In this document: positions 30,934-40,930 of the stretch, one piece after another
Position numbering within the stretch: the first letter of the stretch is position 1
Layout of the letters: each line of letters begins with the position of its first letter
DNA from: Methylophilus sp.
Lineage (GTDB): Bacteria; Pseudomonadota; Gammaproteobacteria; Burkholderiales; Methylophilaceae
Length of the DNA stretch: 64,000 bases
Direction: 5' to 3'
NCBI GenBank assembly: GCA_035423825.1
Contig: DAOMMM010000001.1
Location: 359,516 to 423,515, forward strand
Notes under the pieces: model-generated
Database searches by the model: none
Told to the model about the DNA's origin: nothing
Seen by the model: the letters and a program-made list of their open reading frames with translations, nothing else
Program-made: the position numbers and the translations under genes

Positions 30934-31569
30934 ATGGCAGTGATTGATAGAGTATTGATTGGTGAAGGACTTGTGATTGAAGACCGTCCAGACGGCACAG
31001 GCCCTGATTTGAAGAACGTAGCGCATATTGATTTGATTATGGGTCCACGTGGCAGTGCGGCGGAAGATGCTTTCTGCCGCACATTGACCGACCAGAAGCA
31101 AGGCGTGAATGGTTTGCTGGCGATTGCGGCACCTAACATGATGGTGAAACCCAACACCGTGATGTTCAATAAAGTGACGATTAAAGACGGACGTCAAGCC
31201 GTTCAGATGTTTGGCCCTGCGCAACGTGGCGTCGCCATGGCGGTAATGGATTGTGTCGCGGACGGCACGATTCCGGTTGAAGAAGCCGATGATGTTTTTA
31301 TCTGCGTTGGCGTATTCATCGACCATAAAGCGGATATTGACGAGCGCATTCAGGATTGGAATTACAGAGCAACCAAAATGGCGATCAAGAGTGCGGTGAA
31401 GCGTGAACCTAAAGCAGCTGAAGTATTGAAGCATTATAAAGAGGCATCTCACCCATTTGCGGCAAAAACAGCCGAGACCAAGAACCGCCGTGCCGAGGAT
31501 AAAGCCGTTGAATTGGCGATTGAGCAGATGAAGGAACGCAGCAAGCACATGCAACGTGAGACTGTGTAA
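30934..31569 (+). CDS. fae: formaldehyde-activating enzyme (Fae) paralogue with loop insertion and C-terminal extension
   Basis: [58 protein letters not shown]...EP, SHPF; AGGAG RBS. Confidence 0.92.
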   Translation: MAVIDRVLIGEGLVIEDRPDGTGPDLKNVAHIDLIMGPRGSAAEDAFCRTLTDQKQGVNGLLAIAAPNMMVKPNTVMFNKVTIKDGRQAVQMFGPAQRGVAMAVMDCVADGTIPVEEADDVFICVGVFIDHKADIDERIQDWNYRATKMAIKSAVKREPKAAEVLKHYKEASHPFAAKTAETKNRRAEDKAVELAIEQMKERSKHMQRETV

Positions 31570-31622
31570 GAGTTCAGCTTAAAAGCTGTGTGTTTTAGGT
31601 TTTGTAGTAACGAAAGCGTTTG

Positions 31623-32519
31623 ATGTTAAAAGAAAAAAATCAGGAAGAACGGGAGTTTGAATTTACGCCTCTGGATTTTTCCAGAGTGCGTAAATTGATT
31701 TACCAGCGTGCCGGCATTTCGCTTTCAGAGGCCAAAACCGACATGGTCTACAGCCGTATCGGCAGAAGACTGCGCACGATAGGGCTGGATTCGTTCAAGG
31801 AGTATCTGGACTATCTGGAAGGAGAGGGACATCCTGAGGAGTGGGAAGCGTTCACTAATTCGCTGACTACGAATCTGACTTCTTTCTTTCGTGAGGAGCA
31901 TCACTTTCCTATTTTGGCAGAGCATCTGCTTCAGCTAAAAAAACCTATTCGGATATGGTGTTCTGCCGCATCGACTGGCGAGGAACCTTACACTATTGCC
32001 ATGACGGCTTGTGAGGCTTTTAATTCGCTGAAGCCGCCTGTCGAGATCATCGCGACAGATATCGATACCAATGTGTTGGCGACGGCTGCAAGAGGGGTTT
32101 ACCCACTTGATCGTATCGCCAAGCTGCCTCTCGAACGCAAAAAACAGTTTTTCCTGAAAGGGTCAGGCAAGAGTGAGGGATCAGTTAAAGTCCGCAAAGA
32201 GCTGCAGCAGCTTATCCAGTTTCAACAATTGAATCTGCTGGATGACAAGTATCCATTGAACGAACCGTTTGATGCGATATTTTGCCGGAATGTCATGATC
32301 TATTTCGATAAACCTACGCAAACAAAGATTTTGGAGAAGTTCGTGCCTTTAATGAAGCCACATGCACTATTGTTTGCAGGGCATTCCGAAAACTTTCTCT
32401 ATGTTTCGGATGCGTTAAGACTGCGTGGGAAAACCGTGTATGAACTGGCAGATGCTGCGGGCAGTTCTTCACTGCCGAGAATGGCTGCGAGTAAGTTCAA
32501 GAAAGTAGGCTATGGCTAA
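31623..32519 (+). CDS. cheR: chemotaxis methyltransferase
   Basis: NSLTTNLTSFFREEHHF, IWCSAASTGEEPY, FCRNVMIYFD. Confidence 0.96.
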   Translation: MLKEKNQEEREFEFTPLDFSRVRKLIYQRAGISLSEAKTDMVYSRIGRRLRTIGLDSFKEYLDYLEGEGHPEEWEAFTNSLTTNLTSFFREEHHFPILAEHLLQLKKPIRIWCSAASTGEEPYTIAMTACEAFNSLKPPVEIIATDIDTNVLATAARGVYPLDRIAKLPLERKKQFFLKGSGKSEGSVKVRKELQQLIQFQQLNLLDDKYPLNEPFDAIFCRNVMIYFDKPTQTKILEKFVPLMKPHALLFAGHSENFLYVSDALRLRGKTVYELADAAGSSSLPRMAASKFKKVGYG

Positions 32520-33123
32520 TTTTGTTCATGAAGAGATTTCAACCACGCTCTACTACGACAGAACGTTTGATTGTGATGCGGCCAAGATATCGCCCGGGGA
32601 ATATTACTATACCGACAAGGACATGGTGATTGTTACCGTGCTGGGTTCATGTGTTTCAGCCTGCATACGCGACAAGGTTTCTGGTGTTGGCGGTATGAAT
32701 CATTTCATGTTGCCTGATGGCGGCAAGGCGGACAAGGATACTCCTGTATCTGAATCCATGCGCTATGGCACTTATGCGATGGAGGTGCTGATTAACCAAC
32801 TGCTCAAGAACGGCGCCAGGCGGGAAAACCTTGAAGCCAAGATATTTGGTGGCGGTAATGTCTTGAGAAGTTTTACCACCATGAACGTGGGTGACCGTAA
32901 TGCTGATTTCGTGAGGAATTATCTGAAAGAGGAGCGCATCAAGGTGACTGGTGAAGACTTGAACGATATATATCCTCGCAAAGTGTATTTCTTTCCTAAG
33001 TCAGGGCGTGTATTGGTGAAGAAGCTCAAACAGCTCAACAACTATACATTGATGAAACGTGAAGACGCTTACGCCAATAAGCTCAAAACGAACGATGTTG
33101 GCGGCGAAGTGGATCTGTTTTGA
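32512..33123 (+). CDS. cheD: receptor deamidase
   Basis: TVLGSCVSAC, GGMNHFMLP, RYGTYAMEVLIN, AKIFGGG. Confidence 0.95.
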   Translation: MANFVHEEISTTLYYDRTFDCDAAKISPGEYYYTDKDMVIVTVLGSCVSACIRDKVSGVGGMNHFMLPDGGKADKDTPVSESMRYGTYAMEVLINQLLKNGARRENLEAKIFGGGNVLRSFTTMNVGDRNADFVRNYLKEERIKVTGEDLNDIYPRKVYFFPKSGRVLVKKLKQLNNYTLMKREDAYANKLKTNDVGGEVDLF

Positions 33124-33141
33124 TAGGGGCATACAATAAAA

Positions 33142-34212
33142 ATGAAGATTAAAGTATTGGTGGTGGATGATTCAGCCTTGATTAGAAGTCTGTTGACGGA
33201 AATCATCAACAGCCAATCGGATATGCAGGTTGTCGGTGTAGCACCAGACCCTATTGTGGCACGTGAGATGATTAAGCAACTAAATCCCGATGTGCTGACG
33301 CTAGATGTAGAAATGCCAAAAATGGACGGGCTGGACTTTCTGGAGCGGTTGATGCGCTTGCGGCCGATGCCGGTGGTGATGGTGTCAACGCTGACAGAAC
33401 GTGGGTCAGAGATTACTTTGCGCGCGTTGGAATTGGGTGCAACAGATTTCGTCACCAAACCAAAAATGGCTATCAGCGATGGTATGCGGGAGTACACAGA
33501 CCTGATTGCGGATAAGATTCGTGCCGCTTCACAGGCAAGAATCAGCACATTGCATCGTTCGCTCAAGGCCAATGAAGATAAGTCGAATCCTGTTGCACTA
33601 AGGAATCCCATGGTGAGCAGTGAGAAACTGATTATCATCGGTGCATCTACCGGAGGCACAGAGGCCATCAAAGCTTTCCTGACCAAGATGCCTTCTGACT
33701 GCCCTGGCATTTTGATCACACAGCATATGCCTGCTGGTTTTACGAAATCATTTGCGAATCGATTGAACTCACTGTGCCAGATTTCAGTAAAAGAAGCCGT
33801 AAACGGCGAACGTATTTTGCCTGGACATGCATATATCGCCCCCGGGGACCAGCATTTGTTACTTGCCAGAAGTGGCGCCAACTACGTTACCCAGCTTAGC
33901 GATGCTGCACCAGTCAGCCGCCACAAGCCTTCCGTGGATGTCCTGTTCGAGTCTGCAGCTGTTGCCGCAGGCAAAAACGCCATTGGGGTAATCATGACGG
34001 GTATGGGCAAGGATGGTGCAGAAGGCATGGCCAAGATGAAAACTGCCGGTGCCTACAATTTTGCGCAGGATGAAGCGAGCTGTGTCGTGTTTGGCATGCC
34101 GAAAGAGGCAATTGCGCATGGCGGAGTTGATGAGACGCTACCTTTGGAAGAACTGCCGAAACAAGTGTTGAGCCACTTGGTAGAGAGTGGGACACGCGCT
34201 TTGCGTGTTTAA
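33142..34212 (+). CDS. cheB: methylesterase (REC + CheB)
   Basis: [33 protein letters not shown]. Confidence 0.96.
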   Translation: MKIKVLVVDDSALIRSLLTEIINSQSDMQVVGVAPDPIVAREMIKQLNPDVLTLDVEMPKMDGLDFLERLMRLRPMPVVMVSTLTERGSEITLRALELGATDFVTKPKMAISDGMREYTDLIADKIRAASQARISTLHRSLKANEDKSNPVALRNPMVSSEKLIIIGASTGGTEAIKAFLTKMPSDCPGILITQHMPAGFTKSFANRLNSLCQISVKEAVNGERILPGHAYIAPGDQHLLLARSGANYVTQLSDAAPVSRHKPSVDVLFESAAVAAGKNAIGVIMTGMGKDGAEGMAKMKTAGAYNFAQDEASCVVFGMPKEAIAHGGVDETLPLEELPKQVLSHLVESGTRALRV

Positions 34213-34239
34213 TTGTTGACATTATTCAGCGCACTCAGG

Positions 34240-34266
34240 TCAAGTTTTTTCAGATTTGACCGATAT
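34240..34266 (+). promoter_or_regulatory. sigma28 promoter of cheY-cheZ
   Basis: TCAA-N15-ACCGATAT. Confidence 0.7.
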
Positions 34267-34349
34267 GTTAGGTAAAGCAGCATTGCGATGATTCGCAAGC
34301 TGCCAGAGTAAATGTGAGTAGATTTAATGATTTTTTTATGGAGTAAGGT

Positions 34350-34739
34350 ATGGCTGACCCAAATACCAAATTTTTAGTCGTCGATGATTTTTCAACCATG
34401 CGCAGGATTGTGCGCAACTTGTTGAAGGAACTCGGCTATACCAACGTGGAAGAAGCGGAAGACGGTGTGGATGGCCTAAATAAGCTTAAACAGGGAGGCT
34501 ACGATTTTGTGGTTTCTGACTGGAACATGCCGAATATGGATGGCTTGACCATGCTGCAGAACATTCGCGCTGACTCAGCGCTGGCTTCAATCCCGGTATT
34601 GATGGTGACAGCAGAGGCGAAAAAGGAAAACATCATTGCAGCGGCTCAGGCAGGTGCGAGTGGTTATGTCGTGAAACCATTTACTGCGGCAACTCTCGAT
34701 GAAAAGCTTTCAAAGATTTTTGAAAAGCTTGGAAAGTAA
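34350..34739 (+). CDS. cheY: CheY (enteric-type, copy 2)
   Basis: [37 protein letters not shown]. Confidence 0.96.
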   Translation: MADPNTKFLVVDDFSTMRRIVRNLLKELGYTNVEEAEDGVDGLNKLKQGGYDFVVSDWNMPNMDGLTMLQNIRADSALASIPVLMVTAEAKKENIIAAAQAGASGYVVKPFTAATLDEKLSKIFEKLGK

Positions 34740-35417
34740 GTGATCAATATGAAGAACGTAGTGCCAGATAACTCAGAGAACAGTGCTGCGCATTTTATGG
34801 GTATTCCCTCCGATGATGGGGAGATGCTAAGCCGCATAGGCCATATGACCAGGGGCTTGCATGAGAGTTTGCGAGCCCTGGGACTGGACAAGATGATTGA
34901 AAAGGCGGCGCAAGATATCCCGGATGCCCGCGATAGATTGAGTTATGTTGCCAGGATGACCGAACAAGCAGCCGACCGAGTGTTGAATGCGACCGATATC
35001 GCAAATCCATTGCAAGATGAGCTTGCCAAACAAGCTGCAGCATTGGAGGCGAAATGGAAGGAAGTGCTGAAGGTTCCGTCCTTGAAATCCGAATATAACG
35101 AGGCAGCAGAAGAAACGCTCGCATTTATCAGGCAAACTGTTGAAACCAGCACGGCGACCAAGGCGCAATTACTGGAAATCATGATGGCACAGGATTTTCA
35201 GGATTTGACAGGTCAGGTAATCAAAAAAATCACCCGATTGGCGCAAGACCTGGAGCAACAGTTGGTACAGCTGTTGGTGGACTTCTCTCCGGCGCCTAAC
35301 AAGAAAGAGGCTGATTCCTCTTTATTGAATGGGCCTCAAATCAATCCGGAAGAGAATGTGAATGTGGTGGCCAATCAAAGTCAGGTAGATGACCTTCTTG
35401 AGAGTTTAGGTTTCTAG
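34740..35417 (+). CDS. cheZ: CheY-P phosphatase
   Basis: IPDARDRLSYV, AQDFQDLTGQVIKK, QSQVDDLLESLGF. Confidence 0.95.
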   Translation: MINMKNVVPDNSENSAAHFMGIPSDDGEMLSRIGHMTRGLHESLRALGLDKMIEKAAQDIPDARDRLSYVARMTEQAADRVLNATDIANPLQDELAKQAAALEAKWKEVLKVPSLKSEYNEAAEETLAFIRQTVETSTATKAQLLEIMMAQDFQDLTGQVIKKITRLAQDLEQQLVQLLVDFSPAPNKKEADSSLLNGPQINPEENVNVVANQSQVDDLLESLGF

Positions 35418-35487
35418 CCTACACCACGCAATTTCAGTTTGAACATTATCGAAATGCGCTTTTGGTTAGCTGCGTAAGGCTAACCAT

Positions 35488-35516
35488 GATAAAGCGCATT
35501 TTTCCCTTTCTATTCT
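35488..35516 (+). promoter_or_regulatory. candidate FlhDC box upstream of fliL
   Basis: GATAAAGC-N15-TATTCT. Confidence 0.5.
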
Positions 35517-35589
35517 ACGCATCTATTACTCTAAAGTTTCTTGATAATAAGCTCATTCGCAACATGGATGATGAAAGAAAGGTAACAAG

Positions 35590-36099
35590 ATGGCACAAGA
35601 ACCAGCAGTGGAAGTAGCGGCAGAGGCTCCTAAAAATTCCAAAAAGAAACTGATCATTATTCTTGCAGCAGTTCTCTTGCTTGCCGGTGGTGGCGGTGGT
35701 GCGGCATGGTATTTCATGCATCAGGGTAATAGCCACGGGAAAGATGCCAAGAAAGAAGCAGAAAAAGAAGAAGCTGTGCATGTCGAGCCAGCTTTCGTGA
35801 AGCTCGAGACGTTTACCGTGAACCTGAATCCCGAAGATGGCGAAAAATACCTGCAAGTAGATATCACATTGAGTGCATCCAGCAAGGAAGAAGCAGCATC
35901 TTTGGAAGAGCATATGCCTCTGGTGCGTAACCGTGTACTGATGGTGCTGACCAGTAAGATGGCCAGTGAGATTTCTTCTATGGATGGCAAGAAGGCGCTC
36001 AGCAAGGAAATCGCAGCACAAATCAATCAGCCTTTTGCTGTAGGTGCCAAACCGCAAAAGGTTTCAGACGTATTTTTTACTTCGTTTGTTATTCAATAA
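35590..36099 (+). CDS. fliL: basal-body-associated protein
   Basis: KKKLIII + TM; FTVNL; YLQVDITL; VFFTSFVIQ. Confidence 0.95.
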   Translation: MAQEPAVEVAAEAPKNSKKKLIIILAAVLLLAGGGGGAAWYFMHQGNSHGKDAKKEAEKEEAVHVEPAFVKLETFTVNLNPEDGEKYLQVDITLSASSKEEAASLEEHMPLVRNRVLMVLTSKMASEISSMDGKKALSKEIAAQINQPFAVGAKPQKVSDVFFTSFVIQ

Positions 36100-36127
36100 G
36101 TAACACTGTCACAGAGCCTATCGAATC

Positions 36128-37135
36128 ATGGCAGATAGCTTTTTATCCCAAGACGAAGTTGATGCCCTGCTAAGGGGTGTCAATGGAGAGCAGGAAGAAT
36201 CGAAACCAGAGGCGGCTGATGCCTCGGCAGTGCGTGACTATGACCTGGCAACCCAGGAACGTATCGTACGTGGCCGCATGCCGACGCTGGAGATCATAAA
36301 TGAACGGTTTGCCCGTTTGTTGCGCATAGGTTTGTTCAATTTTCTGCGACGCACCATCGAAGTCTCTGTTGGTCCGGTGCGCGTTTCCAAGTACAGCGAT
36401 TTTATCCGTAACCTAGTCGTGCCTACCAATCTGAATCTGGTACAGATGAAGCCTTTGCGGGGTACAGGGCTGATTGTGTTCGATCCTGCGCTGGCTTTTT
36501 TGATGGTAGACAACATGTTCGGTGGCGATGGGCGTTTCCATACCCGTGTCGAAGGACGCGAGTTCACCCAAACGGAGCTACGCATCATTCGCAAGGCATT
36601 GGATATCGTTTTTGAGAATTACGCCAAGTCCTGGGGGCCAGTGTACCCAGTCGAGTTTGAATACATTCGTTCCGAAATGAACACCCAGTTCGCGAACATC
36701 GCGACACCAAATGAGGTCGTGGTAGCGATTACGTTTACGATCGAGCTGGGCACGGAGTCTGGCGAGATGCATTTCTGTTTCCCTTACTCGATGCTCGAGC
36801 CTATCAAAGACATGCTGACTTCCAGTTTGCAAGGTGAAGTGCTAGGGGTGGATAAGCGCTGGGTGCGCTTGATGACACAGCAAATCCAGGCGGCTGAAGT
36901 AGAGGTGGTGGCCGATCTGACCAAGACCAGCATGCGCTTGAGTGAGGTGCTGAACATGAAAGTCGGGGATGTCATCCCGCTTAATATCTCAGAAGAGATT
37001 GAAGCAAAAATCGACAATATTCCCGTGATGCTGTGCAAATACGGGGTCTTTAATGGCCAGTATGCTTTGCGCGTGCAAAAACTGTTGAGATCCAATTCAA
37101 CCGAATATATCAAAGGAGAGCCATATGGCGACTAA
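36128..37135 (+). CDS. fliM: motor switch protein
   Basis: LSQDEVDALL, QERIVRGRMPTLEIINERFAR. Confidence 0.97.
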   Translation: MADSFLSQDEVDALLRGVNGEQEESKPEAADASAVRDYDLATQERIVRGRMPTLEIINERFARLLRIGLFNFLRRTIEVSVGPVRVSKYSDFIRNLVVPTNLNLVQMKPLRGTGLIVFDPALAFLMVDNMFGGDGRFHTRVEGREFTQTELRIIRKALDIVFENYAKSWGPVYPVEFEYIRSEMNTQFANIATPNEVVVAITFTIELGTESGEMHFCFPYSMLEPIKDMLTSSLQGEVLGVDKRWVRLMTQQIQAAEVEVVADLTKTSMRLSEVLNMKVGDVIPLNISEEIEAKIDNIPVMLCKYGVFNGQYALRVQKLLRSNSTEYIKGEPYGD

Positions 37136-37610
37136 ACCAGAACAAGCTGAGGAAACATCGGCAGAAGCCGATTGGGGCGCAGCGATGGCTGAACAGCAGG
37201 CTGCAACAGAACCAGATTCTGCAGAGGCCGATTGGGGCGCAGCGATGGCTGAACAGCAATCAGGCGATGCCGCGGCATTGCAGACAAAAACTGCACAGAC
37301 TCAAGTGTTTGCTGAATTCTCGAGCCAGAACAAACTGCACGAAAGCCAGAACGATATCGATTTCATTCTTGATATACCGGTACAACTGACAGTGGAGCTT
37401 GGGCGTACCAAGATTGCGATCAAGAATCTGCTGCAGCTTGCACAAGGCTCTGTCGTAGAACTTGATGGGTTGGCTGGTGAGCCGATGGATGTGCTGGTGA
37501 ACGGCTGTCTGATCGCTCAAGGTGAAGTAGTAGTGGTGAACGACAAATTCGGTATCCGTCTGACAGATATCATCACTCCAGCTGAACGTATCCGCAAAAT
37601 CAACAAGTAA
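37125..37610 (+). CDS. fliN: motor switch protein
   Basis: DFILDIPVQLTVELGRTKI, GEVVVVNDKFGIR. Confidence 0.96.
   Translation: MATKPEQAEETSAEADWGAAMAEQQAATEPDSAEADWGAAMAEQQSGDAAALQTKTAQTQVFAEFSSQNKLHESQNDIDFILDIPVQLTVELGRTKIAIKNLLQLAQGSVVELDGLAGEPMDVLVNGCLIAQGEVVVVNDKFGIRLTDIITPAERIRKINK
37161..37258 (+). repeat. two 38-nt copies (60-nt period) encoding AEADWGAAMAEQQ in the FliN N-terminus
   Basis: GCAGA(A/G)GCCGATTGGGGCGCAGCGATGGCTGAACAGCA at 37161 and 37221. Confidence 0.9.
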
Positions 37611-37620
37611 AGAACAATCC

Positions 37621-38130
37621 ATGCGTAAACCTACACCTGTATTGCTATTGGGGCTTGCACTTCCGATACAAGCGTTGGCGGCGAGTACGGCGACCGGGAT
37701 TTCTCCCACAGGCAGCATGCTGAAAATGGTACTTGGCCTCGCAGTAGTCTTGGCCGTGATGGCGCTTGTCAGCTGGGCTGTGAAACGGATGCTGCCTGGC
37801 GCCATGGGACAGCAATCAGCGATACGTATCGTGGGTGGTGTCAGCGTAGGTTCACGTGAACGTGTAGTGGTGTTGGAAGTCGCCGATCGCTGGATAGTTG
37901 TTGGTGTGGCGCCTGGGCAAGTGAATGGGATTGCGAATCTGGAAGTTGGTGAAACCATGTTGTCGGAACAGCTTGCCAGCCATGTGCCATCCAATCCAAG
38001 CCAGTCAACGCATCAACCGATGGTGCATCCAATGATGCAACCGTTGGTGAAGCCATTCTCTGAGTGGTTGAAAAAGTCCGCAGAAGCAGCGTCAACAAAA
38101 CTAGGTGGAAAACCTGATGTTAAAGAATAA
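37621..38130 (+). CDS. fliO: export gate scaffold
   Basis: TM segment, [23 protein letters not shown]; lies between fliN and fliP. Confidence 0.88.
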   Translation: MRKPTPVLLLGLALPIQALAASTATGISPTGSMLKMVLGLAVVLAVMALVSWAVKRMLPGAMGQQSAIRIVGGVSVGSRERVVVLEVADRWIVVGVAPGQVNGIANLEVGETMLSEQLASHVPSNPSQSTHQPMVHPMMQPLVKPFSEWLKKSAEAASTKLGGKPDVKE

Positions 38131-38872
38131 TATGAAAAACATTTTGTTGTGTGTAACGCTTGGTTTTATGCTGGGAACGCCGCTGGCATCTCTAGCCGAA
38201 GGAATGCCATTGATCAATGCAACGCCAGCGGCAGGTGGCGGGCAAAACTACACGCTCAGCTTGCAAACGTTGATTCTGCTGACGTCACTGACATTCCTGC
38301 CGGCGGCATTGCTGATGATGACTGGGTTTACGCGCATCATCATCGTACTTTCATTGTTGAGACAGGCGCTTGGCACACAGTCGGCCCCGCCTAATCAGGT
38401 GATGATAGGTCTGGCACTGTTCCTGACTTTCTTCGTCATGAGTCCGGTCTTGGACAAAGTGTATGTGGATGCTTATCAGCCCTTATCGGAGAACCGCATT
38501 ACCATGCAAGAGGCGCTTGATAAGGGTAGCGCACCGCTCAAAGAATTCATGCTGAAACAGACGCGAGAGAGTGATCTGGCCTTGTTCATCAAAATGGCGC
38601 AAGTGGAAAAGATTGATACTCCGGAACAAGTGCCTTTACGCGTGCTGGTGCCAGCTTTTATGACCAGTGAACTGAAAACGGCTTTCCAGATTGGTTTTGC
38701 GATATTTATTCCATTCTTGATCATTGATATGGTGGTTGCCAGCGTATTGATGGCCATGGGGATGATGATGGTTTCACCTTCGATTGTCTCTCTGCCATTC
38801 AAGCTAATGCTGTTTGTGTTAGTGGACGGCTGGCAGTTAATGATGGGATCTTTGGTGCAAAGTTTTTATTAA
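38105..38872 (+). CDS. fliP: export gate protein
   Basis: [40 protein letters not shown]. Start uncertain. Confidence 0.96.
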   Translation: MENLMLKNNMKNILLCVTLGFMLGTPLASLAEGMPLINATPAAGGGQNYTLSLQTLILLTSLTFLPAALLMMTGFTRIIIVLSLLRQALGTQSAPPNQVMIGLALFLTFFVMSPVLDKVYVDAYQPLSENRITMQEALDKGSAPLKEFMLKQTRESDLALFIKMAQVEKIDTPEQVPLRVLVPAFMTSELKTAFQIGFAIFIPFLIIDMVVASVLMAMGMMMVSPSIVSLPFKLMLFVLVDGWQLMMGSLVQSFY

Positions 38873-38888
38873 GTGTTTAGAGAATGAC

Positions 38889-39158
38889 ATGACTCCTGAA
38901 AGCGTAATGAATCTGGGCCGAGATGCAATGGAAATCACCTTGTTGGTGGCGGGGCCAATGCTGTTAGTGGTATTGATTATCGGCTTGCTGGTGAGTATTT
39001 TCCAAGCTGCGACGCAAATCAACGAAGCGACATTATCGTTCATCCCCAAACTGGTAGGAGTCTTTGCCACCTTGGTGATCGCCGGTCCGTGGATGTTAAC
39101 GACGATGGTGGATTATATGCGGCTGGTATTGACCAGCATTCCCGCTATGGCAAATTAA
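38889..39158 (+). CDS. fliQ: export gate protein
   Basis: FQAATQINEATLSFIPK. Confidence 0.96.
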   Translation: MTPESVMNLGRDAMEITLLVAGPMLLVVLIIGLLVSIFQAATQINEATLSFIPKLVGVFATLVIAGPWMLTTMVDYMRLVLTSIPAMAN

Positions 39159-39170
39159 CAAATCATTGTC

Positions 39171-39950
39171 ATGGTTTCTTTCAGCAGTGATCTGCTTCAA
39201 ACTTGGGTCATCAGCTTACTCTGGCCACTGACCAGGGTGCTAGGTGTGATAGCTACAGCTCCCATCTTTAGTGATCGAGCCATTCCGAACCAAATCAAAT
39301 TAGGCTTTGGTCTGGTGCTCACCCTGATTATTGTTCCGACTATACCTCCGTTGCCGCAGATTGAGATATTTTCATTGCAGGGACTGTTGACGCTGGTACA
39401 GCAGCTAGTGATCGGGCTTGCCATCGGGTTTAGCATGCGTTTGGTGTTTGCTGCGGTAGAAATGGCAGGTCTGCTGATCAGCATGGGGATGGGCCTGGGC
39501 TTTGCCACATTTTATGACCCGCACTCACAAGGGCAAAGTACAGCGATTAGTCAGCTTTTGATGCTGTTGACGATGCTGATTTTTTTGAGCCTAGATGGCC
39601 ATTTGATGGTTGTCAGTGCCTTGGCACAAAGTTTCGTGACGATGCCAATCACTTTGCAAGGTGCCGGTATCAGTCCCATGAAGATTGTGATGTGGGGTGA
39701 GGTCATTTTTAGCATGGGCTTGCTGCTAGCCTTGCCTGCAGTGACGGCTTTGCTTATTACGAACATGGCATTGGGCATCCTCACCAGAACTGCCCCACAG
39801 CTGAATTTGTTCGGGATAGGATTCCCAGTGACGCTCTCGATCGGGTTGGTTGTCCTGGCTGTGGCGCTGCAAGGTATGTTGCAGCCAATACAACACCTGA
39901 TTCAAGAAGGCGTTACCCACATGCAGCAGATCGCGGCAATCCCAAGATGA
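39171..39950 (+). CDS. fliR: export gate protein
   Basis: RVLGVIATAPIF, RTAPQLNLFGIGFP. Confidence 0.95.
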   Translation: MVSFSSDLLQTWVISLLWPLTRVLGVIATAPIFSDRAIPNQIKLGFGLVLTLIIVPTIPPLPQIEIFSLQGLLTLVQQLVIGLAIGFSMRLVFAAVEMAGLLISMGMGLGFATFYDPHSQGQSTAISQLLMLLTMLIFLSLDGHLMVVSALAQSFVTMPITLQGAGISPMKIVMWGEVIFSMGLLLALPAVTALLITNMALGILTRTAPQLNLFGIGFPVTLSIGLVVLAVALQGMLQPIQHLIQEGVTHMQQIAAIPR

Positions 39951-40017
39951 ATTGTCAATGTTACTGAATCGTATCGTCTCACTGGCTAGATGATGCGAAC
40001 TAGCCGGCTTTTACTGT

Positions 40018-40923
40018 CTATTTGATATAGTCAAATAGGGAAAGGCCGGTGGTCGTGACAAAGGATTTTTGAGCTGCGGCCAAAATGGTTTGTTTCTGGG
40101 TTACAGCAGATAGCGCCTCGGCATAATCTACATCTTGTAAGACAGACATCGCCTGCGCGTATTGAAGTTCACGGCTTGAGCCAACGTCATTCAGGGAATC
40201 CAGTTCATTAAGTCTTGAACCCACTGTCGAACGCGTAACGGCAACAGTACTGATAGCACTGTCGATGCTGCTGAGTGCACTTGCCACGCCAGTAGTCACT
40301 GTGCTTGCTGAAGCGGCCGGATTGTTCAAAAGAGTTATCAGCGTGCTGAATGTGTTGAAGACATCGTTACCACTCGCCTGGAATACGCTATCACCTGTTG
40401 CATTGACAGCCATCTGACGATGCGCATCTACCTGCAAAAGTTGTTGGTTGTTGTCGCCATTATAAGTGGCGCCAGTAGCTGTAGCCGTGAATGGAACGGT
40501 TTTGTTGTTGAACCCTGCATATAGGTAATTACCAGCTGCATCGCGCGTATTGGCAAATCCTAGTAAAGTATCGAAAGCACTACTAAGCTGCGTTGCCAGT
40601 GCGCTTCTTTCTCCCATAGATAACGTGCCGGCAGAACCAACCAAATTGGTGCGCACAGACGTCAGCAGTTCTGTGATGCTCGATAGCGAAATATCCAAGT
40701 CACCCAGACGTGTCTCGGCGACCTTGCGATTTTCGCCATAACTGGCGTTGATGTTTTGCGATTGTGACAGCTCGAGCACGCGGGATGCAGCTACAGGATC
40801 GTCTGAAGGCGCTTGTATGCGTTTTCCAGTAGCGATCTGTTGCTGAAGCTTGGATTGTTCTGCCTGCAGGCTATTGATTTTCGAGACTGCGGTTTGGTAT
40901 ATGGTGTTGGTGCTGATACGCAT
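40018..40923 (-). CDS. flgL: hook-filament junction protein
   Basis: MRIST..Q, TGKRIQAPSDDPVAA, SLFDYI. Confidence 0.95.
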   Translation of the reverse strand: MRISTNTIYQTAVSKINSLQAEQSKLQQQIATGKRIQAPSDDPVAASRVLELSQSQNINASYGENRKVAETRLGDLDISLSSITELLTSVRTNLVGSAGTLSMGERSALATQLSSAFDTLLGFANTRDAAGNYLYAGFNNKTVPFTATATGATYNGDNNQQLLQVDAHRQMAVNATGDSVFQASGNDVFNTFSTLITLLNNPAASASTVTTGVASALSSIDSAISTVAVTRSTVGSRLNELDSLNDVGSSRELQYAQAMSVLQDVDYAEALSAVTQKQTILAAAQKSFVTTTGLSLFDYIK

Positions 40924-40930
40924 ACTTATC

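Noticed and set aside
31575-31588. CAGCTT-AA-AAGCTG hairpin between fae and cheR as a terminator
   Set aside because: The stem is weak, the loop is too small and there is no adjacent U tract, so it does not argue against fae-cheR co-transcription.
21098-37258. Short direct repeats as a possible CRISPR array or mobile-element ends
   Set aside because: All repeats are in-frame and intragenic (PAS, HAMP, FliN), with no unique spacers, cas genes, transposase or target-site duplications.
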